This document shows, in pieces, positions 10,521 to 20,058 of a DNA stretch of 64,000 nucleotides. Within the stretch, counting starts at the first letter, position 1. Each line of letters begins with the position of its first letter. The notes below the pieces were generated by a model that was given only the letters and a program-made list of their open reading frames with translations, was not told the DNA's origin and ran no database searches. Source of the DNA: an uncultured Chloroflexia bacterium. GTDB lineage: Bacteria > Chloroflexota > Anaerolineae > JAAYZQ01. Both the position numbers and the translations under genes were made by a program. Where the stretch lies: positions 1,760,001 through 1,824,000 of the forward strand of contig CAVOXA010000010.1 of the NCBI GenBank assembly GCA_963700285.1, read 5' to 3'.

Positions 10521-11217
10521 CACTAGCCCGAGTGCCAGTGCTGCCCGTGTGATGTGAAAAGCCACGATTTTGTCCAGGCCTGCAACTCTTCCAAGCTCCA
10601 CGATCGGCTTCCACTCCATTGGCCTCCACTGCCTGTTGGACTTGTGCACGCGGTCAGAAACCCTCTGACCTTGTCTCCACGTTCCTGCTTCACGGCTGGC
10701 AAATCTCACCAATAATTGGAATCGGGCCAAGACATTGAAGAACCTGACTGACCCACGTTACGAAGATTATCGGGAACGCTTCGGGTTCGAAAAGGAAGCC
10801 TGCCCCACCAAAGGTGGGCTGTGCCACTTCCTCATCGCCCTGGCAAGTCACTCTGATTCTGCAGGTGACACGGTCCGGATAGAGCTGGAAGGCGTGCCAG
10901 CCGTCCAAGTGGCAGTCCAGTATCCCAACCAACTCCTAGCCGGTGCTGTCCATTTGATCTGCGAAGCTAACCTGCTCAGCCTCGAAGCCTGGACGCAGGC
11001 ACTCATTTGTCCCGATGGCATGCTCCATGATGCTGCTTCGCGCCTGCCCCCCCGCGATGCAGAAGCGCGATTTGTCTACTACAGCGGTTCGAATCGGCCG
11101 CGCAATAGCCCCAATCGACCCCAGGACGAGTCCAAAACGAAAAAGAGGTGTGGGCGGAAGTGTCCGGGCTGCTTCTCACTGGCCCCCCGCCTGTTTTGCT
11201 TCATTTCTGGAGGCTGA
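10516..11217 (+). pseudogene. Degraded transposase-like gene following the sigma pseudogene
   Basis: Overlapping ATG with RBS; broken frame; inferred from resemblance to Chloroflexi transposases, catalytic residues not visible. Confidence 0.35.
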
Positions 11218-11261
11218 AAACGAGAACTCTGAGCCATCAACCCCACCCAAGGCACCTATCC

Positions 11262-13709
11262 TCACCTCTCACCACCCCTTCTACTTTGAATCCCCTTGGG
11301 TGTCGGGGATGTAGGACTCGTCGTGCCAACGGTCACCAGCCAGGCACCTGTATAGGCCAGGGCAGCGGCGCCCAGTACCCACGAGAAACCGGCCGAAAGG
11401 GCGATGATCGCCGCCAGGATCGAACCCAGCACCGACGCACAACCATTGACCGCCCAGGCCCAAGGGATCATGCCTGGAGAACGATCTCGGAGCCAAGCCA
11501 ACCCACCGGGGAAGGGAATGCCCATCAGAAAGCCGAGCGGCGCCAGGCACAGTACAGCAACCAGGAGGCGCACCTCCATAGGCGCCGTCAAGGCATTCTG
11601 GAACAGAACAGGCAATCCCAGGGGGTAGAACAGGATCAGGGCTGCCAGCGGGGGCAGCGTCCAGCGCGGCGACAGCCGCTGCGCGGCTAGGCTTCCTAAT
11701 CCAGAGAACAGCAACAAAGCGATCGCTACTGTCGTAAAGGCATAGATGGGTTGGCCCAGGAAGAGGATGAAACGCTGGATCAGGGGGATCTCGACAAAAA
11801 GAAATCCCAATCCCAGCAAGCCAAAGTAGATCAACACGCGGCCCTTTAGCCGTTTTGAGCCTGGCAGCCCCCCGGCCTCCAGCCTGGCCAAGGCCATAGG
11901 CACCAGGATCAGGACCACTGACGCCACCACAGACACTGCCAGCAGGGCGAGTAGTACCAAATAGCCGCTTCCACCCCACGGCTGCCAGGTCTTGCCAAGC
12001 TGTTGCAGAATGGCCCGGGTCTGGCTCCACCGGAAAAAGTGAAAGTAGAAGGGCCGATCGTCGGTCGCGGGCCGCACGTCATAGATATGAGCGGCATAGA
12101 GTACCTGGGGCTGGGCCAGCAACCGCTCGAAAGCACGATAGTAGACCGGTTCCTCCAACACATTGCGCTGGTTGGCCTCCACCTCCGTCAGACCGGGCAG
12201 CACCACCAGATCCAGGTCCTGCCGCTTGCTGAATTCGCGGATCTGATCCAGCTCAGCCTGCGAATACGCGCCGTTCTTGACCAGTATGAGCCCAACCTGC
12301 CAGCTCCGCAGCACAGCTATCCGATCTCCGGGGTCAGCCACCCCAGCGCGGCGCAGTGCTTCAACGGCCGTCGCCCCCGCCCGCAGCATCTCACTGGGCG
12401 GTACTTGCAGCCAGCGCTCGATGACCAGCAGCCCTCCCGGCCGCAGGCTGCCCACATAGTCCTCAAACGCCTCCACCGTCAGGTCATAGCGCTCGCCCAG
12501 GCTGTAGGCGCCCGAGGTGACCGGCCGGTAGGTGTCGCTGAGCGCCAGGTGGACCACGTCAAAGACTTGATCCTGGCGGCGCACATAATTCCGTCCATCC
12601 TCGGTCACTACCCGCACCCGGTCATCCTGGTACGCGCCGCCCGCAGCCTCTGCTACAAGTGGATTGCTCTCGACGGCCACCACCGATGCTGCTCCCTGCT
12701 GCAGCGCCGTCCACACATCCAGTCCCCCCTTGGGCTCCAGAACCAGCGCCCGCGCCCCAGGCCGCATCTGGTAGGGCAAAGCCACCGGCAGAAAGCCCGT
12801 GAAGTCCCGCAATCTGTCTGCGGCAGCCTCCCCTTCCGTGGACTTTAGCACTGGAGACAGGTCGTCGCCATCCACAAACAACCCATCCTGGGGCAGCATC
12901 TGGCCCAAATAGTTCAGACTGAGCCCCGGAGCCGAGCGGATGGCTGAACTGGCCACGAGGTCCACGCGCGAAAAGGCGTTCCACCGCTGCCAGCGTATCC
13001 GGCTGTCCGGGAAGCGGAGTACCTGGCTAAGGCCCTTGTAGGGAGAAAGGCGAAGCTGGAAGGGGGACGGAGGAAAGTCCGCTAGTACCAGCAAAAGGCT
13101 ACAGGCAGCAAGCAAGAGGAGGGGCATCACAATACGGGAGCCCGGGAACCGGTGACGTGCCCCCCCCAGCCGGAAAACCAAAGCAGCAAAGAGGCCGAGG
13201 GCAGCGATGGCCAGGACCGTGCCTTCGCCGAGCAATGGCAGGGCCAGCAGAGGGATCAGGCCGCCCAGGGCTGCGCCCAGCAGGTTGGCGGCATAGATGC
13301 GCGCAGCAGAGTTGGCGTGCGCGGTCAGCAACAGACCGGTGACCAAGCCGGCACAGAAAAACGGCACCGTCAGTGCCAGATAGTACAGGACCAGGTAGAG
13401 GACCTGGGCCCGCTCCCAGGCGATGCGGTAGGAATCAAAGGGCAGGTGATTCAGGCTGAGGGTTGCCCCAACCACGCTGGCCGAAAAGAGGGAAGCCAGG
13501 GTCGAGGCGCGGCCAGCAGTGGGCGACCTGCTCCAGCGTGGAACCAGGGTCAGAGCCGTGCCGCTGGCCCCATAGCCCAGCAAGGCCACACTGACCGCCA
13601 AAAACGCGAAATGGTACCATTGCGTGACGGAGAACAGCCGGGTCAGTGTAATCTCAAAAGCCAGCGCAGCAGCCGAAAGAAGCGCCAGACCCAGATATAG
13701 GGAACTCAT
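11262..13709 (-). CDS. Spermidine-synthase-like SAM-dependent enzyme fused to multi-TM domains
   Basis: FEITLTRLFSV..YHFAF, YAANLLGA, WNAFSRVD, EDGRNYV, PATDDRPF, WAWAVNG motifs. Confidence 0.85.
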   Translation of the reverse strand: MSSLYLGLALLSAAALAFEITLTRLFSVTQWYHFAFLAVSVALLGYGASGTALTLVPRWSRSPTAGRASTLASLFSASVVGATLSLNHLPFDSYRIAWERAQVLYLVLYYLALTVPFFCAGLVTGLLLTAHANSAARIYAANLLGAALGGLIPLLALPLLGEGTVLAIAALGLFAALVFRLGGARHRFPGSRIVMPLLLLAACSLLLVLADFPPSPFQLRLSPYKGLSQVLRFPDSRIRWQRWNAFSRVDLVASSAIRSAPGLSLNYLGQMLPQDGLFVDGDDLSPVLKSTEGEAAADRLRDFTGFLPVALPYQMRPGARALVLEPKGGLDVWTALQQGAASVVAVESNPLVAEAAGGAYQDDRVRVVTEDGRNYVRRQDQVFDVVHLALSDTYRPVTSGAYSLGERYDLTVEAFEDYVGSLRPGGLLVIERWLQVPPSEMLRAGATAVEALRRAGVADPGDRIAVLRSWQVGLILVKNGAYSQAELDQIREFSKRQDLDLVVLPGLTEVEANQRNVLEEPVYYRAFERLLAQPQVLYAAHIYDVRPATDDRPFYFHFFRWSQTRAILQQLGKTWQPWGGSGYLVLLALLAVSVVASVVLILVPMALARLEAGGLPGSKRLKGRVLIYFGLLGLGFLFVEIPLIQRFILFLGQPIYAFTTVAIALLLFSGLGSLAAQRLSPRWTLPPLAALILFYPLGLPVLFQNALTAPMEVRLLVAVLCLAPLGFLMGIPFPGGLAWLRDRSPGMIPWAWAVNGCASVLGSILAAIIALSAGFSWVLGAAALAYTGAWLVTVGTTSPTSPTPKGIQSRRGGER

Positions 13710-13745
13710 TCGGCCAGCACTCCTTCAAGGCGGTCTCAATGACCA

Positions 13746-13866
13746 GTCATTCTGAGGAGCGAGCACAGTTCGTGAGCGATGAAGAATCTTTCCTTACACT
13801 GGGCAGGCAGTTTCGATCATGGTCACCGAGATTCTTGGCCTCCGCTGCGCTTCGGCTCAGAATGAC
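13746..13866. repeat. REP/REPIN-like inverted pair
   Basis: GTCATTCTGAG...GAAGAATCT and AGATTCTT...CTCAGAATGAC inverted ends, intergenic. Confidence 0.7.
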
Positions 13867-13963
13867 GTGATTTCTCATGGCTTTCACGTGTATGTTTTGT
13901 CCTCGCCTGCGCAGTAGCGCGACGCCGCCGAGTCATCAGAGCCGCAGCGAGCCCTCCTCCTGC

Positions 13964-14812
13964 CTACCCTCTTCCAACGATCACATCATAGATCGCCTGC
14001 AGCTCCTCCTCCGAGTAAAAGTGTACCACCAACCGGCCCTTACCTTTGCGGTTCCGATACAGGTTCACTTTGGTACCCAGCATCTCTCGAAAATCCTCTT
14101 CCAGCGCCTGAGTTTCGGGAGATACAGGCTCCTTGTCCTTGGGCTGCGGCTCGGTCAGCAAGCGGCGTACCAGTTCCTCTGTCTGGCGGACACTGAGTGC
14201 CCTGTGGACCACGGCCTTGAGCCCCAGTACCTGCTCCTCTTCCGACGGCAGGGCGAGCAGCGCGCGGGCGTGTCCCTCGCTGATGGATCCATCAGCCAGC
14301 GCCTGCCGTACCTCGGGCGGCAGGCGCAACAAGCGCATGGTGTTGGTCACCGCCACCCGGCTTTTTCCCACGCGCTCGGCTACCTGCTCCTGCGTCAGGC
14401 CAAATTCATCCACCAACTGGCGGTAGGCTGTCGCCTCTTCCAGGGGATTCAGATCGGCCCGCTGGATGTTCTCCACCAGCGCTAATTCCAACGCCTCCTG
14501 GGGCGTGGCCTCTTTGACGATGACGGGCACCGTGGCCAGGCCAGCCATGCGCGCTGCCTGCCACCGCCGCTCCCCAGCGATGAGCTGATAGCGCTCCGGA
14601 CCCTGCTGCGTCACGATGAGAGGCTGGATAAGCCCGTGCTCCTTGACCGAAGCAGCCAGTTCTGCCAGCGCATTGGGATCGAAGGTGGTCCGAGGCTGCA
14701 TGGGGTTGGGCGTGATGGTCGCCACCGGTACCTGAGCCAGACCTCCAGCCGGCTCCTCAGCCTCCGGTATCAGAGCACCCAGTCCTTTGCCAAGTCCCCG
14801 CCGTGTGGTCAT
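13964..14812 (-). CDS. parB: Chromosome partitioning protein ParB/Spo0J
   Basis: GLGKGLGALI, NPMQPR, IAGERRWQA, ENIQRADLNPLEEA. Confidence 0.95.
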   Translation of the reverse strand: MTTRRGLGKGLGALIPEAEEPAGGLAQVPVATITPNPMQPRTTFDPNALAELAASVKEHGLIQPLIVTQQGPERYQLIAGERRWQAARMAGLATVPVIVKEATPQEALELALVENIQRADLNPLEEATAYRQLVDEFGLTQEQVAERVGKSRVAVTNTMRLLRLPPEVRQALADGSISEGHARALLALPSEEEQVLGLKAVVHRALSVRQTEELVRRLLTEPQPKDKEPVSPETQALEEDFREMLGTKVNLYRNRKGKGRLVVHFYSEEELQAIYDVIVGRG

Positions 14813-15585
14813 GATTCGTTCCTCTCCATCAGTTCGTAGGCCAGGGCGTGATAGGCCGCCGCGCCGGCCGTGGCTGGGGCGTAGCTCATGATCGTCTCGC
14901 CATAGCTGGGTGCCTCGCCAAGCCGCACCGTTCGAGGAACCACCGTTTCGAAAACGTGTGCTGGAAAGTAGCGGCGCACCTCCTCTACCACCTGCCGGGA
15001 GAGGTTGGTCCGGGCATCGAACATGGTCAGGACCACCCCGGCAATGGCCAATCGTGAATTGAGGCTATCGCGCACCATGTAGATAGTCTTGAGGAGATGC
15101 CCCAACCCTTCCAGCGCCAGGTACTCGCACTGGACGGGGATGATAACGCCATCTTGTACCGCCGTAAGGGCATTCACCGTCAGAAGGCCCAGGCTGGGCG
15201 GGCAGTCAATGAGCACATAGTCATAGCGGTCTATGACCGGCTCCAGGACGCGACCGAGGCGGTATTCCCGCTGATCCAGGGCTACCAGTTCCACTTCAGC
15301 GCCAGCCAGCTCCCGCGTCGATGGCAGCAGATCCAGGTGCACCTGGTTGGTCAACCGGATCGCCTGCTCGGCCGGCACGCCATCCAGTAGCACGTTGTAG
15401 ACCGACTGGGCCACCTGCTGCCGCTGGATGCCCAGATGGGAGGTCGCGTTGGCCTGGGGATCAAAGTCAACCAGCAGAACACGGCTGCCCGCGCCGGCCA
15501 GGTACGCGCCCAGATTCACTGCGGTCGTCGTTTTCCCAACGCCACCCTTTTGATTGGCCAAGGCATAGATTCTGGACATGATCAA
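14809..15585 (-). CDS. parA: Chromosome partitioning ATPase ParA/Soj
   Basis: NQKGGVGKTTT, DFDPQANAT, IDCPPSLGLLT, PVQCEYLALEG. Confidence 0.95.
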   Translation of the reverse strand: MIMSRIYALANQKGGVGKTTTAVNLGAYLAGAGSRVLLVDFDPQANATSHLGIQRQQVAQSVYNVLLDGVPAEQAIRLTNQVHLDLLPSTRELAGAEVELVALDQREYRLGRVLEPVIDRYDYVLIDCPPSLGLLTVNALTAVQDGVIIPVQCEYLALEGLGHLLKTIYMVRDSLNSRLAIAGVVLTMFDARTNLSRQVVEEVRRYFPAHVFETVVPRTVRLGEAPSYGETIMSYAPATAGAAAYHALAYELMERNES

Positions 15586-15805
15586 CGGACACAGACCCTA
15601 AGGGTCTTCTTCAGCGAGGGCATTGTTCACCTGAAAGCAGAGATGCGCCGGCCACCCAATCCCACAACCGTAATCAGACCCTTCGGGTCTGGGGGCAGCA
15701 AGCACGATTATTATAGCAGAGAAGGACCAAAAGCGGAAATATCTGCTCCGGCACGTTGCTGTTCAAGCCTGACTGCGGCAGGCTTGAACAGCAATACGAT
15801 TTGAT

Positions 15806-15834
15806 TTGACGGGCAAGGTTACTTCTGCTACAAT
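15806..15834 (+). promoter_or_regulatory. Sigma70-type promoter of tRNA-Glu
   Basis: TTGACG-17 nt-TACAAT, 11 nt before the tRNA. Confidence 0.75.
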
Positions 15835-15845
15835 AGTGCGGTCCT

Positions 15846-15918
15846 GCCCCCATCGTCTAGTGGCCTAGGACACCGCCCTTTCAAGGCGGCGACAGGGATT
15901 CGAATTCCCTTGGGGGCA
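15846..15918 (+). tRNA. tRNA-Glu (anticodon TTC), CCA not encoded
   Basis: Acceptor GCCCCCA/TGGGGGC, anticodon stem CCGCC/GGCGG with loop CTTTCAA, T arm AGGGA-TTCGAAT-TCCCT. Confidence 0.97.
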
Positions 15919-16007
15919 TACCTGTGATTTGTACCAGGGAGGAAACCTGTGAAAAACACCAGGGTTTCCTCTCAAGGTTTGGGGTCAAACGGATGGGTGT
16001 CAAGGTT

Positions 16008-16205
16008 ATGGGCATCAAAGAAATCGAAAAGGCCATCGTTCAACTGCCAGCCAAAGATCTGGACAAGCTGGCAGGCTGGCTCGAGGATTACCGTGCCCAG
16101 ATGTGGGACAAGCAGATCGAAGAAGATCTCGAAGCAGGACGCCTGTATGCCTTGCTTGCCGAGGTCGATGAGGAGTACGAGGCAGGGTTGAGCCAACCGC
16201 TGTGA
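16008..16205 (+). CDS. Putative antitoxin
   Basis: Small acidic ORF (WDKQIEEDLEAGRL) overlapping a downstream toxin by 4 nt. Confidence 0.7.
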   Translation: MGIKEIEKAIVQLPAKDLDKLAGWLEDYRAQMWDKQIEEDLEAGRLYALLAEVDEEYEAGLSQPL

Positions 16206-16465
16206 AGCACCTGACTCTACCCCGTTTCTGGAAGCACTACGGGCAACTGCCAAAAGAAGTACAAGAGCTAGCCGACAAGAGCTTTGAACTCCTCAAGGCC
16301 GATCCCTACCATCCCTCGCTGCATTTCAAGAAGATAGGTGGGGCAAAGCAGTTGTGGTCAGCGCGCGTTGGCGCCCACTACCGAGTTCTGGGTGTGCAGA
16401 AGCCAGAGGGCATCGTGTGGTTCTGGATCGGCACCCACGCCGACTACGATAGGATACTGTCGTGA
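16202..16465 (+). CDS. RelE/ParE-superfamily toxin
   Basis: DPYHPSLHFKK...WSARVGAHYR...WFWIGTHADYD. Confidence 0.8.
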   Translation: MKHLTLPRFWKHYGQLPKEVQELADKSFELLKADPYHPSLHFKKIGGAKQLWSARVGAHYRVLGVQKPEGIVWFWIGTHADYDRILS

Positions 16466-16540
16466 TGGTTCGAGTGCTCTCCAGCTTGTGTAATGCTCAA
16501 GCGGAAGGTCATCTCGACTTAGGTTCTCGACAAGCTCTCA

Positions 16541-16584
16541 GCCCCGCAAGGGTGGCGACATGGCGTGCGTTCGAGGTCCCTTGG
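16541..16584 (+). repeat. Site R1, left part (split by IS110; remainder 18219-18223)
   Basis: GCCCCGCAAGGGTGGCGACATGGCGTGCGTTCGAGGTCCCTTGG. Confidence 0.9.
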
Positions 16585-16744
16585 ACACGCTTTGTCAAGT
16601 CCCGCAGTGGCCGATGCGCAGGCGGAAACGACGCGGCGCTTTACGATAATTGCACCTCGCTTCAGATACCAATCTTCTCTGGTGAGCCTTTGACTTGCCA
16701 AGTCTTCGAACCCCTACAACGGATTCACGCGTACTTCTGCAGAG

Positions 16745-17959
16745 CTAGGATCTAGGCCGGCGACGCTGAGCACGTTGTTGTATGTGGTAGGACTCGTCGT
16801 AGGCCTTGCCGTCTTGCCACATCTTCCAGATGATGGCCAGCCACCGATTGGCCAGCCGACGGTAGGCATCGGAGTCAGAGCGACAGCGGGGACGGACATC
16901 GCGCCAGTAGGCCAAAGCCCAGCCCGACTGCCGCACGGAGGCCTTGGCGAACTGCTGGGCAATGCGCCGGAACTCACGGTCGCAGCCGCGACGGAAGATG
17001 ACGACCTTGCGCTTGCCACTCTTCTTGGTGACGGGGCAGGTACCGGCCAGGGCCTGAACGCCGGCCGGTGTGGGGAAGCGATCGCGGTGGTCACCGAACT
17101 TGGCCAGCAGCCCAGGAGCCAGGAGCTCGCCGGCACCAGGCAGGGAATCGAAGATGAAGGCATCGGGGTGTTGGGAGAAGAGCTGAGCCAGGGAAGAGAG
17201 GGCTTCCGTGCGACGGAGTACCTGAGGCAGGAGCAGTTCGGCCAAGATGCGGATCTGGTCACGATAGGCTGCCACCGCGATAGGGTTGGCTTCTGGGGCG
17301 GGATCCATCAAGTGAGCGTAACGTCGCGAGATGAGGTCCGCCCGGCCATAACGATGTTCTCGACAGAAAGCCTCAAAAGCAGCTCGAGTCAAGCCTTGGG
17401 CTTCCTGGGCTGTGGGATAGGCCATGAGGAAGTGGAGGTTGATCTGGGCGGTGAGTTTCCCGAATAGGCCCAGAGCTTGGGGATAGACGCGAAACAGGAC
17501 GGCCCGGAGTTGGTTGCTCTGGCGCTGGATGGAGCGGCGCAGGAGGTCGATGAGCCGCACTTGAGCCAAGATCTGTTGGGTCAGAGCAGAGTTGGGTTGC
17601 AGGCGGCGATGGCTGTCCAGGTCGGTGTGGAGGATGCTGGACAGGAGAGCGGCATCGGTGTCATCGGTATGGGCGTCGGTGCTCCGCTGGCGATTGCGGT
17701 AGCCTTTTGTGGCTTGGGGCGGGATCAGATAGACGAGGTAGCCACGGTCGAGTAGGAAATCGACGAGCAAGTTGTAGGCGGTCTCAATGGCGACCAGACA
17801 TTCGCTGGGCGGCACACCCAACTTGCGCCGCTCGTCGTCGAAGCGCTGGAAACCTTCCAGGGTGTGCTTGAATTCGACCTGGCTCACAATGGCGCCTTTG
17901 CTGTTGCGAATGCACAGGTTGTGATGCTGTTCACTCCAGTCAATCCCGAACTTGAACAT
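16745..17959 (-). CDS. IS110 transposase (DEDD recombinase)
   Basis: GIDWSEQHH, VAIET, TDDTDAALL, SLPGAG, CPVTKKSGK; GGAGG RBS before MFKF. Confidence 0.93.
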   Translation of the reverse strand: MFKFGIDWSEQHHNLCIRNSKGAIVSQVEFKHTLEGFQRFDDERRKLGVPPSECLVAIETAYNLLVDFLLDRGYLVYLIPPQATKGYRNRQRSTDAHTDDTDAALLSSILHTDLDSHRRLQPNSALTQQILAQVRLIDLLRRSIQRQSNQLRAVLFRVYPQALGLFGKLTAQINLHFLMAYPTAQEAQGLTRAAFEAFCREHRYGRADLISRRYAHLMDPAPEANPIAVAAYRDQIRILAELLLPQVLRRTEALSSLAQLFSQHPDAFIFDSLPGAGELLAPGLLAKFGDHRDRFPTPAGVQALAGTCPVTKKSGKRKVVIFRRGCDREFRRIAQQFAKASVRQSGWALAYWRDVRPRCRSDSDAYRRLANRWLAIIWKMWQDGKAYDESYHIQQRAQRRRPRS

Positions 17960-17994
17960 AGAACGCCTCCTTTGGGTTCTTGTGCCCATCGGAG

Positions 17995-18185
17995 TATGCG
18001 GACTACCGTGTTCCTATTATGGCGCTCGTAGCGCAGCACGCTTTCGACAGTGCCATCCGGCTAGCCCGGGGGGACCATCCAAGGGTGGCGCTCGCGGCGC
18101 TGGGGGCACGCGGTCCTCTGATCCCGGGCGAGTCTCCGATGGGGTCAGCCTGGCAAGTGGCTGCTCACCGCTTGTAGTCTACCCC
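17995..18185 (-). ncRNA. Predicted IS110 bridge RNA, copy 1 (boundaries approximate)
   Basis: Two internal loops with guides matching target (18079-85, 18102-08) and donor (18013-19, 18037-44). Confidence 0.8.
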
Positions 18186-18251
18186 ATCGGTTGACTCCAC
18201 ACAAGTATAGCTAATAGGGGGCATGTGTCGCCACTTGCCATAATGTGGGCG

Positions 18252-18297
18252 ATAGAGAGGGACCGCTTCAAGAGTGCCTGAAGCGGTCCCTCTCTAT
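18252..18297 (+). terminator. Long hairpin after R1
   Basis: ATAGAGAGGGACCGCTTCA / TGAAGCGGTCCCTCTCTAT. Confidence 0.7.
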
Positions 18298-18863
18298 TGT
18301 TGTAGAAAAACACAGAAATCGTCGGATTAGGGATACAAGAAAGCCGAGATGAACCCCAGATGAACAGGCAGGCGACCAGAGTCATCACTTTGCCAGACAA
18401 TCCGGCAGTCAGGCAGCTGAGCGAGATGGCGTGCCCCGAAGAGTGTCGAATCACCAGTTGCCAATGCAACCGCAATGTCAAACATGGGCCGAATGGGCTT
18501 GTTTCTTGACGTGTGAGCCTAATCAGCCAAGATACTTCAAATCCGAACCTTCGTGCCGTTGACCGGAGAGCCATGTACGAGGATCGATGGTTCCAGTAGT
18601 CCTACTACGAGGCGGACGGTCCAGGATTTGTTGGGGTGTGAGCGAAACTGATTCGAGATGGCGGAAGGGGCAGAAGCGCACCAACCCTCCCACCATCTCA
18701 TGAGGGGACCCCCTCTCAGTGCATCATGGCCGGCTTATTGTCGAAGGTTCCGCCAACTCCCCATCACGGCGGGATGGGGAGGTCGATGGCCCACTGCCAG
18801 TGCACCGGCCCGGCCACGGGTGTAGGGAATATGTCGTTAGGCTGCCCGTCGCAGTGTTGACAG

Positions 18864-19667
18864 CTACGGGGTAGCATCCCCGTACCCCAGGTCCCGAAGA
18901 AGGTCGGCAATGATGGCGTCACCCGTGGCATTGGTGTGTATGCCGTCTTCAAGGTAGCCTTCTGGATCTTGATTACCATCTGGACCATTGAACGCCGTAT
19001 AGACAGGCACCACGAGAGTACCATACTCGACTGCAACCTGGTGAACGATGGAGTTCACTCCTTCAACGCAGGTCTTCTTGTCCTCGAAGAAACCCAGTTC
19101 CTTCTGATGCTCGAACTGGAAGTGATAGTCCTCAAAGAGGTGGATGATCGTGTCGTTGGTTCCTCGCAGAGCCAGGATCTCGGCGACAATGGCGCCCAGG
19201 TCCCTGTCCATCGCCTCCAATAGGCGATCGCAGCTCAGACCTTTGCTGGTGTATGCGCTTTTAGCTCTCATGCCCCCAGTCCACACCGTTATGACCTCGG
19301 CCTCACGCACCAATGCCCGCAGCTTGTCGTCTTTTCGCAGATTGGCCAGCAGCGCATCGCTGTCCTGCCCACCCTCATGTTCGTAGTGCAGGTTGACTTT
19401 GATGTCGAGGTCATTCTCGATGTGGTCGGCATACATTCCTGGCCACTGACCCATCCCAGTCCTAGAGTCCCCAAACACGACGAGGTCCCATTCGGTGACC
19501 GATTCGGTGACAGTCACCATGGGCGTCACCGTTGGGGCAGGAACAGATGTAGCAGTAGGTGGGATCTGGGTGGGGATGGGAGTAGGTTGGCCAGTCCCGC
19601 ATGCGGCCAAAAGCACCGAGACGATTGTCAGGCCAATCAGTAGCGGAAACATCTTCTTGTAGTACAT
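18864..19667 (-). CDS. SGNH/GDSL hydrolase lipoprotein
   Basis: Lipobox LAAC, Pro/Thr linker, VVFGDS, DGIHTN. Confidence 0.85.
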   Translation of the reverse strand: MYYKKMFPLLIGLTIVSVLLAACGTGQPTPIPTQIPPTATSVPAPTVTPMVTVTESVTEWDLVVFGDSRTGMGQWPGMYADHIENDLDIKVNLHYEHEGGQDSDALLANLRKDDKLRALVREAEVITVWTGGMRAKSAYTSKGLSCDRLLEAMDRDLGAIVAEILALRGTNDTIIHLFEDYHFQFEHQKELGFFEDKKTCVEGVNSIVHQVAVEYGTLVVPVYTAFNGPDGNQDPEGYLEDGIHTNATGDAIIADLLRDLGYGDATP

Positions 19668-19912
19668 TTCACCCTCCTTGTCATTGTCGGTCTGTCTTTG
19701 TCATCCTCTCCCTCAGCTCCCGCGCCCGTCTGTCGTCGCAGAAACAGAAAGAGATCGTCCAGGTTGGCAAAGCCATGCCGCTCGCCGCTGCCCGGGCGGG
19801 CAAGAGACGCCCGCCAGCCAGCAGCCCCTTCGCCCCGCATCCGCCACAACCTCAGCAGATAGGCCAAGTAGTCGGTTTCCTGTTCTTCCGTGTCCTGTGG
19901 GCCTTCGGTCAT
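19637..19912 (-). CDS. Small hypothetical protein
   Basis: RBS; YLLRLWR..WRASL..GERHGFANLDDLFLFL; divergent from BTAD regulator. Confidence 0.6.
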   Translation of the reverse strand: MTEGPQDTEEQETDYLAYLLRLWRMRGEGAAGWRASLARPGSGERHGFANLDDLFLFLRRQTGAGAEGEDDKDRPTMTRRVKCTTRRCFRY

Positions 19913-19959
19913 CGCTACTGCCCTCTCTTCTGTGGTCAGTCTAACACGCGGGCGCTCGG

Positions 19960-19981
19960 AAAACGATCACAAAACGATCAC
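19960..19981. promoter_or_regulatory. Tandem 11-bp direct repeat, candidate SARP/BTAD operator
   Basis: AAAACGATCAC x2 between divergent genes. Confidence 0.5.
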
Positions 19982-20058
19982 AGACAGCCATGAGATGCCA
20001 GAGTTGAACCCCAGCCCGGTGTGGTGTATAATGGAACCGTTGGCAAGGAGGCTAGGAA

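Larger units (their letters stand above)
16585..18218 (-). mobile_element. IS110-family element, copy 1
   Basis: No TIRs; ends defined by identity with copy 2; removal restores CCCTTGGGGGCA; 2-nt GG core on both sides. Confidence 0.92.

Noticed and set aside
13878-13896. parS-like TTTCACGTG downstream of parB
   Set aside because: Only the centre of the 16-bp palindrome matches and the arms do not pair.
15921-15963. CTG-N10-CAG as E. coli-type LexA boxes
   Set aside because: The recA promoter in this window carries a GAAC-N4-GTTC-type box, so the host LexA probably has different specificity.
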